This document shows positions 18,891-26,967 of a stretch of 34,600 nucleotides of DNA, piece after piece. The notes beneath the pieces are model-generated. The model made no database searches, was not told the origin of the DNA, and saw nothing but the letters and a program-made list of their open reading frames with translations. The stretch comes from Candidatus Eiseniibacteriota bacterium (GTDB lineage: Bacteria > Eisenbacteria > RBG-16-71-46 > CAIMUX01 > VGJL01): NCBI GenBank assembly GCA_041946735.1, contig JBHGAY010000039.1:1-34600 (forward strand), read 5' to 3'. Numbering within the stretch: position 1 is the stretch's first letter; each line of letters opens with the position of its first letter. Position numbers and translations under genes: made by a program.

Positions 18891-18909
18891 AGCGGGGACG
18901 GGACGGCCG

Positions 18910-19194
18910 ATGGAAGTGCTGATGATCATCGTCGAGCAGAGCCACCGGGAGCGGCTCGAGGCGGCGCTCACCGAACGGCACGTGCTCGGCTACACGGAGA
19001 TTCCCACCGTCTTTGGCATGGGACGGACCGGGCCCCGGCTCGGGTCCCGCGCCTTTCCCGAATCGTCGTCGATCCTGTTCACGGTCGTCGAGAAGGGGAA
19101 GACGGAGGAGCTGCTCACCTGGATCGACGAGAGCTGCTCCGACTGCCGGGAGCGGATGCGCATCCTCGTCTGGTCGATCGACCGGATGCTTTGA
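18910..19194 (+). CDS. PII-like protein (resembles transporter-associated PG0541-type PII homologues)
   Basis: PII-fold pattern M-x-LMIIV...LEAAL...GYT...VFGMGRTG...ILFTVVE...EELL...RILVWSID; 94 aa; contains CSDC. Confidence 0.75.
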   Translation: MEVLMIIVEQSHRERLEAALTERHVLGYTEIPTVFGMGRTGPRLGSRAFPESSSILFTVVEKGKTEELLTWIDESCSDCRERMRILVWSIDRML

Positions 19195-19228
19195 CGGGGC
19201 GGTAGCGAGGTCGAAGAACCGTAGCGGC

Positions 19229-19248
19229 GAGGGGGATCACTCCCCCTC
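19229..19248. terminator. GC-rich hairpin between convergent genes (possible terminator, no U-tract)
   Basis: GAGGGGGA-TCAC-TCCCCCTC, a perfect 8-bp stem between the PII-like stop (19194) and the DUF6335-like stop (19267). Confidence 0.35.
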
Positions 19249-19266
19249 CTCCGCGCCCTCGGCGTC

Positions 19267-19866
19267 CTAGGCGTCCTCAGCGTCCTCCGCGTCCTCCGCG
19301 CCCTCCGCGCCCTGCTTCGCGATCCGCTCGACATCCTCGGCGAGCCAGCTCTGGCGCTCCTGGAACTCCTCGTCCGAGGCGGGATTGAGCTCCCAGCGCC
19401 GGCGGTCGCGTTCCTCGATCTTCTCCTCCGTGTGCAGCGGTTCGTCGTCCTCGTAGCGGACGCCGAGCGCCTCGCCGTACTCCTCGACGACGTCCTGATC
19501 CGGAGTGGCGACCGAGCCGCCGGCCGCCTCCTCGCCGATGTCCTCGCGCTGCCAGTCGGCGTCGACGTCGCCCCCCGAGATCGCGGGGCTCGTCGCCGTG
19601 TGCTCCTCCAGCTCCCGCTCGAAGCGCCGTTGCCCGGTCCCCTTCTGCGACGCCTCGTAGAACTCGCGACGGACCGCGTCGGCCTGCTCGTCGCCGACCC
19701 AGATCCCGCCGTCGGCGGCGCGCGCGAGCTTCTCCTCCGTGCCGGTCGCGTCAGGGTCTTCCACGAGCGGCCGCGCCGCGGGCCGGCTCTCCTTGCCCGC
19801 ACCGGCTGCGCGCCCCGCCGATCCGTCCCGCCCGCCGCTTCGTTCGTGACGCTTCTTCTTCGGCAT
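19267..19866 (-). CDS. DUF6335-like acidic protein
   Basis: AAGGAGGT SD; motif SGGDVDADW...GEEAAGGSVATPDQDVVEEYGEALG..YEDDEPL...RDRRRWELNPAS recalled for DUF6335; 199 aa. Confidence 0.78.
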   Translation of the reverse strand: MPKKKRHERSGGRDGSAGRAAGAGKESRPAARPLVEDPDATGTEEKLARAADGGIWVGDEQADAVRREFYEASQKGTGQRRFERELEEHTATSPAISGGDVDADWQREDIGEEAAGGSVATPDQDVVEEYGEALGVRYEDDEPLHTEEKIEERDRRRWELNPASDEEFQERQSWLAEDVERIAKQGAEGAEDAEDAEDA

Positions 19867-19976
19867 GGACACCTCCTTCTTGGCCGCGGCCCTCTCCCTG
19901 CTCGCGGCCCTCTCCGGCTCTCTGCTTCTCCCCCCCCATCGTCTCACGATGCTGGGCACAAGGAACTCGAAGCTGC

Positions 19977-20327
19977 CTACGAGAACCAGCTCCGCGTCAG
20001 GAAATCGTCGAGCGTGCCGAGCATCAACACGCCGAGCCAGAGGACGCCGGCGAGGAGGACGACCAAGAGCAGCTTCGGGCTCGAACGCAGGTGCATGAAG
20101 TAGATGGCGACGAGCGTCGCCTTGGTGACGGCGATCGCGAGGCCGACCGGGGTGTGCAGCGGGCCGAGGTCGACCAGCGCGAGCAGCGACGTGGCGGCGG
20201 CGAGGCCGAGCAGCACGGCGCAGACGATCCAATAATGGAGAAGCCCTCCCGGGTGGTCTCCCCCGCCCTGGCCTTCCCCTTCGCGTTCCCGTTCCCGCCC
20301 GCTCCGTACGGTCCGTTCGCTCGCCAC
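19977..20327 (-). CDS. ctaF: Cytochrome c oxidase subunit IV (caa3-type)
   Basis: Three TM helices with IAVTKATLVAIYFMHL and DFLTR; GTG at 20327 after AGGAGG (alternative GTG at 20354). Confidence 0.9.
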   Translation of the reverse strand: MASERTVRSGREREREGEGQGGGDHPGGLLHYWIVCAVLLGLAAATSLLALVDLGPLHTPVGLAIAVTKATLVAIYFMHLRSSPKLLLVVLLAGVLWLGVLMLGTLDDFLTRSWFS

Positions 20328-20360
20328 GCGCGCCTCCTCTCGGCCTCGATGCACCGTCCG

Positions 20361-21020
20361 TCAGTGCCGCGTCGCGGCCAGGTAGAGCAGCGGGAAGAGA
20401 AAGATCCAGACGATGTCGACGAAGTGCCAGTAGAGCCCGATCACCTCGATCGCCTCCGTCCTTCGGATCTCGGCGACCCGCCATCCGACCGACACGAACA
20501 GGAAGCCGACCAGGCCGAGTCCGATCAGCATGTGGAGGGCGTGAAAGCCCGTCAGGATGTAGTAGAGGACGAAGAACAGCTCCTCGCGCCGGCCGAGCCC
20601 TGGGTAGTGGAACCGGCCGGGAAGAAGCCCTTCGTGAGCGTGCTCGACCCACTCGTACACCTTCAGGCCGAGGAAGAGGACGCCAAGCAGAAACGTCGCC
20701 GCCAGGAGGATCTGGACGCGGCGGCGCCGTCCTTCGCGGCCGACCGCGACGGCGAGCGCCATCGTGAGGCTGCTGACGAGCAGGATCGCGGTCATCGCCG
20801 AGCCGAGACCGAGCGGAAGCAGGCGGCTCCCGCGCGAGAATGCTTCCGGATAGGAAAGACGGTAGGCGGCGTACGCGGTGAACATTCCCCCGAACAGCAT
20901 CAGCTCGGCGATCAGGAAGATCCACATGCCGAGCGCGTTCACCGGAGCGACGGTCGCGCGGTCGGGACGAGCCATCCCGATCGCTGAGCTCGCCTCCGCT
21001 CCTTGCGACACCGGCTTCAC
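20361..21020 (-). CDS. ctaE: Cytochrome c oxidase subunit III
   Basis: [24 protein letters not shown] and [23 protein letters not shown] overlap with the subunit I stop. Confidence 0.95.
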   Translation of the reverse strand: MKPVSQGAEASSAIGMARPDRATVAPVNALGMWIFLIAELMLFGGMFTAYAAYRLSYPEAFSRGSRLLPLGLGSAMTAILLVSSLTMALAVAVGREGRRRRVQILLAATFLLGVLFLGLKVYEWVEHAHEGLLPGRFHYPGLGRREELFFVLYYILTGFHALHMLIGLGLVGFLFVSVGWRVAEIRRTEAIEVIGLYWHFVDIVWIFLFPLLYLAATRH

Positions 21021-22687
21021 GGCCGCGCCTCTCCCGATCCTGACGCCTCGCGTCCCGGCGCTCCGGGGGCGTGCGGCTCGTCCCCCGCCTCCTCCGCGTA
21101 CTGTCCCGGATCACGGATCACGACCGGCATCGGCTCGAAGTTGTGTTCCGGCGGCGGCGAGGTCGTCTGCCACTCGAGCCCGGTCCCCCCCCACGGGTTC
21201 GCCTCCGCGCGCCTCCCGCGCCGGAGCGACGGAAGCAGGTAGAAGAGCGGCAGCGCATAGCCGACCGCGAGGATCGTCGCTCCCGCAGTCGACAGGAGGT
21301 GGTAGACCTGGAACTGCGGCGGATAGACGTGATAGCGGCGCGGCATCCCGAGATAGCCGAGGATGAACTGGGGAAAGAAGGTCAGGTTGAAGCCTAGGAA
21401 GATCGTGATCGCGGCCACCTTCGCCCACGCCTCGTTGTACATCCTCCCGGTGATCTTCGGCCACCAGAAGTGGATCCCTCCCATGAACGCCATCACCATC
21501 CCGCCGACCATGATGTAGTGGAAGTGCGCGACGATGAAGTAGGTGTCGTGCACGTGAACGTCGAGCGCGAGCGCGGCGAGCATGATCCCGGTCAGCCCTC
21601 CGACCGTGAAGAGACCGATGAAGCCGAACGCGTAGAGCATCGGGGTCGCGAGCTGGATCGATCCCTTGTACAACGTTGCCGTCCAGTTGAACACCTTGAT
21701 CGCCGAGGGGATCGCGACGAGGTAGGAGAGCATCGCGAACATGAGCGCCGAATGGACCGACAGCCCGGCGACGAACATGTGATGGCCCCAGACGAGAAAC
21801 CCGAGCAGCGCGATCGCGATGCTCGAGAAGGCGACGAACTTGTAGCCGAAGATCCGCTTCCGCGCGAAGGTCGGGATGATCTCGCTCACGACCCCCATGC
21901 CCGGCAGGATCATGATGTAGACCGCCGGATGGGAGTAGAACCAGAACAGGTGCTGAAAGAGCAGCGGGTCGCCGCCGAGGGCGGGGTCGAAGAGGCCGAC
22001 GCGCCAGATCCTCTCGATCCCCACGAGCAAGAGCGCGATCCCGAGCACGGGAGTGGCGAGCACGAGGATGATCGACGTCGCGTAGTTCGACCAGACGAAC
22101 AGCGGCAGGCGGAACCATGTCATCCCCGGCGCGCGGAGCGTGTGGACGGTGACGATGAAGTTCAGCCCGGTCAGGATGGAGGAGAAGCCCGCGACGAAGA
22201 TCCCGAACGCGACGAGCGTCACGTCGGTGTTCGCCGCGATCGTGCTGTACGGCGTGTAGAAGGTCCACCCGGTGTCGAGCCCCTTCGTGAAGATCGCGTA
22301 GAGTGTGATGCCCGCTCCGAGGACGAACAGGTACCACGACAGCAGGTTCAGCCGCGGGAACGCGAGGTCCTTCGCGCCCAGCATGAGCGGGATCAGGAAG
22401 TTGCCGAGCACCGTCGGGACCGAGGGGATCAGGAAGAAGAAGACCATGATCACGCCGTGCGCGCTGAACAGGCGGTTGTACCCCTCGTTGGAGAAGAGAT
22501 CCCCCTGCGGCGTGGCGAGATCGGCGCGGAGCAGGCCGGCCGCCGTCCCGCCGAGCCCGAACATCAGCGTGATCGTGATGAGATAGAGGATCGCGATCCG
22601 CTTGTGATCGGTCGTGAGGAGCCAGGAGCGGATCCCATGCCTCACGTTCAAGTAGTTCCGGTGGATCGCGAGCGTCTCGGTGGCCAT
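21017..22687 (-). CDS. ctaD: Cytochrome c oxidase subunit I, heme-copper oxidase type A2
   Basis: [32 protein letters not shown] (YS motif = A2), WGHH, AHFHY and GMPRR; ATG at 22687 after GAGGAG. Confidence 0.98.
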   Translation of the reverse strand: MATETLAIHRNYLNVRHGIRSWLLTTDHKRIAILYLITITLMFGLGGTAAGLLRADLATPQGDLFSNEGYNRLFSAHGVIMVFFFLIPSVPTVLGNFLIPLMLGAKDLAFPRLNLLSWYLFVLGAGITLYAIFTKGLDTGWTFYTPYSTIAANTDVTLVAFGIFVAGFSSILTGLNFIVTVHTLRAPGMTWFRLPLFVWSNYATSIILVLATPVLGIALLLVGIERIWRVGLFDPALGGDPLLFQHLFWFYSHPAVYIMILPGMGVVSEIIPTFARKRIFGYKFVAFSSIAIALLGFLVWGHHMFVAGLSVHSALMFAMLSYLVAIPSAIKVFNWTATLYKGSIQLATPMLYAFGFIGLFTVGGLTGIMLAALALDVHVHDTYFIVAHFHYIMVGGMVMAFMGGIHFWWPKITGRMYNEAWAKVAAITIFLGFNLTFFPQFILGYLGMPRRYHVYPPQFQVYHLLSTAGATILAVGYALPLFYLLPSLRRGRRAEANPWGGTGLEWQTTSPPPEHNFEPMPVVIRDPGQYAEEAGDEPHAPGAPGREASGSGEARP

Positions 22688-22695
22688 CACCTGAC

Positions 22696-22737
22696 TCCTC
22701 TCTCCTCGCTCCTCTATCCTCACTCCTCACTCCTCAC
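22696..22737. repeat. Heptamer tandem array, 6 x TCCTCNN (NNGAGGA on the coding strand)
   Basis: tcctctc tcctcgc tcctcta tcctcac tcctcac tcctcac, directly upstream of ctaD. Confidence 0.9.
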
Positions 22738-22811
22738 TTCGCTGTCTCGGTCCGCTCCCCTGTCTTGCCCCCGCTCCTCTGTCCTGGCGCGCTCCCCCGT
22801 CTTCCAGGCTT

Positions 22812-23897
22812 CTACCGGGGCTCGATCTCGCGCGGTTGGGCCGGCGACGCCGTCGGCACCCCGCCGGGAAGCGTTCCGGGCACCTCCCGTGACTGCGGGA
22901 CGGTCGGCGCCATCGGCCCGGACGGCCGCAGCGAACGGATGAAGAGGATCAGGTCGCCGATCTCCTCCTCCGTGAGCTGCCCCTGGAACGTCGGCATGAT
23001 CGGCTGGAAGCCCGACACCACCTTCGCCGCGGGGTCCAGGATCGACTCGCGGATGTAGTTCTCGTCGGCGCGGAGCCTCCGCCCGTCGTTCAGCTCGACC
23101 GTCCGGCCGTAGATGCCCGCGAGCACCGGCCCGCGCAGGAGCGAGTCGTCTCGATGGCAGCTGTTGCAGCCGAGCTGCTGGAAGAGCTGCTCGCCGCGCG
23201 CCGACGGCGACTTCGTCGGCCGCTCCCGCAGCCAGGTCTCGTAGTCGGCGAGAGGCAGGACCGTCACCGTCCCGATCATCTGGGAGTGATCGGTGCCGCA
23301 GTACTCCGCGCAGAAGAGGTCGTAGGTTCCCGGCTTCGTCGCCTCGAACCAGGTGGTGACGTAGGTCCCCGGCCGGACGTCCTGCTTCAGGCGGAACGCC
23401 GGGACGAAGAAGCTATGGATCACGTCCTGCGAGATCATCGTCAGCCGGACCGGCTGGCCGACCGGCACGTGCAGCGCGTTGATCTCCTGCTGGCCGTCCG
23501 GGTACTGGATCTTCCACATCCACTGCTTCGCGACGACGTGCACGTCGATCCCCTTCTCCGGCGGCTCGCGGATCTGGATGTAGAGCCCGGCCGCCCAGAC
23601 GAAGGTGAACAGGACGATCGCGAGCGGGATCGCCGTCCAGACGATCTCCAGCCGGAGCGATCCTTCGATCTGCGGAGGCACCTCGTCGCGCCCGCGCCGC
23701 CTGTAGCGGACGGTGAAGACGACGATCAGCGTCGCGATCAGCCCGGAGAAGAAGAAGGTCAGGAGGACGAGGAACAGGTAGAGCGAGTCGACCTTCCCCG
23801 ACGTCGTCGAGGCGGAGACGGGGAAGAACGGCATCGAAGCGGCCGCCCAGCGCGCGGCGCGCCGCCGGAGCGCCGGAGGGGCAAGGCGGCCGATCAC
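22812..23897 (-). CDS. ctaC: Cytochrome c oxidase subunit II with fused cytochrome c (caa3-type)
   Basis: Two TM helices, LEIVWTAIP, KQWMW, CuA ligands DVIHSF and CAEYCGTDHSQM, C-terminal heme c CNSCH...IMP; GTGA overlap with the actG stop. Confidence 0.97.
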   Translation of the reverse strand: MIGRLAPPALRRRAARWAAASMPFFPVSASTTSGKVDSLYLFLVLLTFFFSGLIATLIVVFTVRYRRRGRDEVPPQIEGSLRLEIVWTAIPLAIVLFTFVWAAGLYIQIREPPEKGIDVHVVAKQWMWKIQYPDGQQEINALHVPVGQPVRLTMISQDVIHSFFVPAFRLKQDVRPGTYVTTWFEATKPGTYDLFCAEYCGTDHSQMIGTVTVLPLADYETWLRERPTKSPSARGEQLFQQLGCNSCHRDDSLLRGPVLAGIYGRTVELNDGRRLRADENYIRESILDPAAKVVSGFQPIMPTFQGQLTEEEIGDLILFIRSLRPSGPMAPTVPQSREVPGTLPGGVPTASPAQPREIEPR

Positions 23898-24532
23898 CGG
23901 ACCGCCTCTGCGCCGCGCTGCTCTGCGTCCGGCGCGCCGCCGGCCGGCGCGCCGCCGCCCCGTTCGCCCACGACCGGCTCCGGCCCGATCGGGGGCGCGG
24001 CGTCGGGCAGTCCCCGCGACGCGAGGATCTCGATCGCGCGCTCGATCGGGATGCGCGCGATCCCGCGCTGCCGGTCGACCCAATCGAAGGAATCGAGGAT
24101 TCGGCTCTCCTGCTCGCGCATGCGCGCCAGATCCCGCCCGACCTCCCACGGCGGCGGCGGCACGCGGCCGGCCGGCACCTCCTCCACCGTCCGGCTGTAG
24201 AGGCGCGGGCGCCCGAAGCGCGGGGTCCGCCTGCCGAAGCCGGCATCCACGGCGGTCACGACGAGGAACACGACGAGCATCCCCACCACGAAGAAGAACA
24301 TGAAGAGGAGCACGCCGCGGATCGAGACGTCCCGGCGCTCGCGCTCCGGCTCGAGGTCGGGAGGCACGTCGCTCGGCACACCGACCGGCAGTCCCTTCGG
24401 CTCGATCCTGTGGTGCCCAGTGAGATACTCGGGCGGCGTTCGGCCGCGCTCCCCGCGCTCGCCGCGCTCCTTCCGCTCGCCGTGCTCTCCGTGCTCGCTG
24501 CGCTCACCGTGCTCGTCCATCTCGCTTCCCAT
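23894..24532 (-). CDS. actG: Alternative complex III subunit ActG-like single-TM protein
   Basis: ATG after GGAGG; ERRDV-TM helix and DWVDRQRGIARIPIERAI motif; position after actF; 212 aa. Confidence 0.72.
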   Translation of the reverse strand: MGSEMDEHGERSEHGEHGERKERGERGERGRTPPEYLTGHHRIEPKGLPVGVPSDVPPDLEPERERRDVSIRGVLLFMFFFVVGMLVVFLVVTAVDAGFGRRTPRFGRPRLYSRTVEEVPAGRVPPPPWEVGRDLARMREQESRILDSFDWVDRQRGIARIPIERAIEILASRGLPDAAPPIGPEPVVGERGGGAPAGGAPDAEQRGAEAVR

Positions 24533-24549
24533 CGGTTCCTCCCGCCCTC

Positions 24550-25824
24550 TCAGGCCTCGGCCGGTGGCGCGGGCGCGGGCCTCGCGCCCGGCTGGACGAC
24601 CGCCGGCGACGCGGGGGCCGGCGAGAGCGGCGCGTAGGGGAGAAGCCGCGGATCGTCCACCCGAAGGAGAGGCTCGCGAAACAGCGCGAACAGGAAGACC
24701 GCCACCCAGACCATGCCGAAGCCGGCAAGCAGCGCGATGTCGGTCCAGGCGGGCGCGACCGTCTCGGGACGCAGGGGCGGAGCGACGATCCACCACGCAT
24801 CCGCCGTGCCGGTCACGAGCAGAAGCGACGCGACGGCCGCCAGCCGCCGCCGGTGTCGCTTGACCGCACGCCACAGCAGGGCGACGAACGGAACGGCGAA
24901 CTGCAGCAGCGCAATCGCGGCGAGGAGCACGCCGTAGCCGTGCCTCGTCCGCCGCAGGTACCAGCTCACCTCCTCGGGCAAGTTGCCGTACCAGATGAGC
25001 AAGCCCTGCGAGAAGGCCATGTAGGCGCGAAGCATGACGAAGGCGAGGAGCATGTTGCCGAGGTCGTTCCAGATCCTCGGCTCCAGCACGCGATCGAAGG
25101 GAGCGCGCGCGTGGAGCAGCGAGAGGACGAGCGTCCCGAAGCCGAGAGCGACGAGGACCATCTCCGTGCCGACCATCGCGCCGTAGATCGTCGAGTACCA
25201 GGCCGGCTCCAGCGCCATCACCCAATCGATCAGGCCCGCGGTCGCCGTGAACGTGAGGAGGACGAGCCCCGGGCCGGCGAACCGCTTCATCCGCGATCGA
25301 AGCGGCGGTTCGCCGATCCCGCCGATCTCGCGCGCGAGGACGATCGCCCGCCGGGTGAGGAATCCCCAGCAGAGGAAGTAGAAGATCGCCCGGCCGACGA
25401 CGAAGGCGGGATTCAGATACGCCTGCTTTTCGGCCAATGCGGAGCCGGCCGGCGCCGCTCCGCGCGCCCAGGGATAGAGATCGCCCAGCGTCAGGACGAG
25501 CGGCACGAAGCCGATCGCGATCAGCGGCAGCGTGCTCGAACCGGCTTCGAGGACGCGGATCAGCACGGCGCCCCACCGTCCCCCGGTCAGGTATTGCATG
25601 AGGAGGATCGAGAGGGATCCGACGGTCATGCCGAGCCAGAAGATCCAGGCGAACAGGTAGCCGCGCGGGAAGGCTCCGGGCGAGGCGATTGCGGCAATCG
25701 CGACGAGCGCGATCCCGCCGATCGCGAGCAGCGCGAGGACGCCCGGGCGCGGGCGCGGCCGCGGGCCCGGGCCGGGGCCCGGGCGCAGGCGATCGCCGAG
25801 AGGGGCGCGAGGCCGGCGGCTCAT
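24550..25824 (-). CDS. actF: Alternative complex III membrane subunit ActF
   Basis: ATGA overlap with actE; LTGGRWG, LYPW, KQAYLN, DWVMALEPAWYSTIYG, DLGNMLLAF and IWYGNLPEEVSWY motifs; 424 aa. Confidence 0.92.
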   Translation of the reverse strand: MSRRPRAPLGDRLRPGPGPGPRPRPRPGVLALLAIGGIALVAIAAIASPGAFPRGYLFAWIFWLGMTVGSLSILLMQYLTGGRWGAVLIRVLEAGSSTLPLIAIGFVPLVLTLGDLYPWARGAAPAGSALAEKQAYLNPAFVVGRAIFYFLCWGFLTRRAIVLAREIGGIGEPPLRSRMKRFAGPGLVLLTFTATAGLIDWVMALEPAWYSTIYGAMVGTEMVLVALGFGTLVLSLLHARAPFDRVLEPRIWNDLGNMLLAFVMLRAYMAFSQGLLIWYGNLPEEVSWYLRRTRHGYGVLLAAIALLQFAVPFVALLWRAVKRHRRRLAAVASLLLVTGTADAWWIVAPPLRPETVAPAWTDIALLAGFGMVWVAVFLFALFREPLLRVDDPRLLPYAPLSPAPASPAVVQPGARPAPAPPAEA

Positions 25825-26441
25825 CGGGACCCCGCGGCGGGCAGCGAGTCGCGCAGCGCTGCCGGCAGCTCCGACACCGGCACCGCGTAGGCGAACTGCA
25901 GCGCGCGGATGTACGCCGCCACCGCCCACCGGTCCGCCGGAGAGAGGACCGGCCCGTACGGAGGCATCGCGCCGAAGCCGTCGGTCATCACGCGGAAGAA
26001 GTGGCCGAGCGGAGCCGACCGCAGCCGCGGGATCTGATAGGACGGGGGCGGCAGGTACCCGCGGCGCACGACCATCCCGTCGCCGAGACCGTCCCGTCCA
26101 TGACAAGGCGAGCAGTAGATCTCGAAGCGCTCGCGGCCGCGCCGCAGGAGCGCCTCCGTCACCGGCACCGGCAGCCGCACGACCAGGCTCGTGTCGACGC
26201 CGCCGCCCGGTAGCGGCGCATCGTTCCGGCCGGTGGTGAACGCGACCGCACCGATCGTGTCGCTCCTCGCGACCGTGCCGGCGGGCGGCGTGCGGAACGA
26301 GCCGGCCTGACCGAAGAACGGCGACGGCTCCAGCGGCTCGAGGTACGGTTGCCGCGCCATCTTCTGCTGACAGCCGGCGACCACCAGCAGCAGTAGCAGC
26401 AGCCACGTCCACCGCAACTCCTCACTCCTCGGCCGGCACAT
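25821..26441 (-). CDS. actE: Alternative complex III monoheme cytochrome c lipoprotein ActE
   Basis: Lipobox VAGC, MARQP, PPAGTVAR, heme motif CSPCH, distal Met in GAMP, DRWAVAAYIRALQ. Alternative start TTG at 26417 after GAGGAG. Confidence 0.93.
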   Translation of the reverse strand: MCRPRSEELRWTWLLLLLLVVAGCQQKMARQPYLEPLEPSPFFGQAGSFRTPPAGTVARSDTIGAVAFTTGRNDAPLPGGGVDTSLVVRLPVPVTEALLRRGRERFEIYCSPCHGRDGLGDGMVVRRGYLPPPSYQIPRLRSAPLGHFFRVMTDGFGAMPPYGPVLSPADRWAVAAYIRALQFAYAVPVSELPAALRDSLPAAGSR

Positions 26442-26967
26442 CGTGCACCCCCGTTGCGCCGAGGTCGGCGAGCAGCTTGCGAGTCGCAGGAAGGTCGAAC
26501 CGCGGATCGTCCGCTTGGATCGACAGGAAGAAACCGTCCTGCGACGCGCGCTCGAACTCCGGGATCTCGAAAAGCGGATGGCTCGGCCTCGGCAGGCCGT
26601 TCAACGCGAGCATCGCCAGAATCCCGACGATCGTCGCGCCGAGCACCGTCAGCTCGAACGTCGGCGGGACGAAGGCAGGCCAGCTGTGGTAGGGCCGTCC
26701 CCCGACGTTCAGCGGATAGGCGAGGACCGAGACCCAGTACTGCAGGTAGTAGCCGCCGATCCCGCCCGCCAGACCGCCCAGCAGGACGAACAGCGGGACG
26801 CGCCGGTCGTGCGCCCCGAGCGCCTCCTTCACCTCTTCGATCGGCCACGGTGTGTACGCCTCGATCCGCCGGTAGCCCGCCTCGCGAGCCTCCTCCACCG
26901 CCCGCGCAAGACTCTGCGGATCGGGGAACTGGGCGAGCAGGCCCCAGAGCGCTCTGCGCGCGCTCAT
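26422..26967 (-). CDS. actD: Alternative complex III subunit ActD (DUF3341)
   Basis: ATGA overlap with actC; AYTPWPI, YPLNVGGRPYHSWPAFVPPTFELTVL and LNGLP motifs; 181 aa. Confidence 0.94.
   Translation of the reverse strand: MSARRALWGLLAQFPDPQSLARAVEEAREAGYRRIEAYTPWPIEEVKEALGAHDRRVPLFVLLGGLAGGIGGYYLQYWVSVLAYPLNVGGRPYHSWPAFVPPTFELTVLGATIVGILAMLALNGLPRPSHPLFEIPEFERASQDGFFLSIQADDPRFDLPATRKLLADLGATGVHDVPAEE

Noticed and set aside
19267..19269. Amber (TAG) recoding or pyrrolysine suggested by the TAG inside a repeat
   Set aside because: TAG ends ppiD, the GNAT, tolC, ctaC and actA at their expected C-termini, and no pyl genes are visible.
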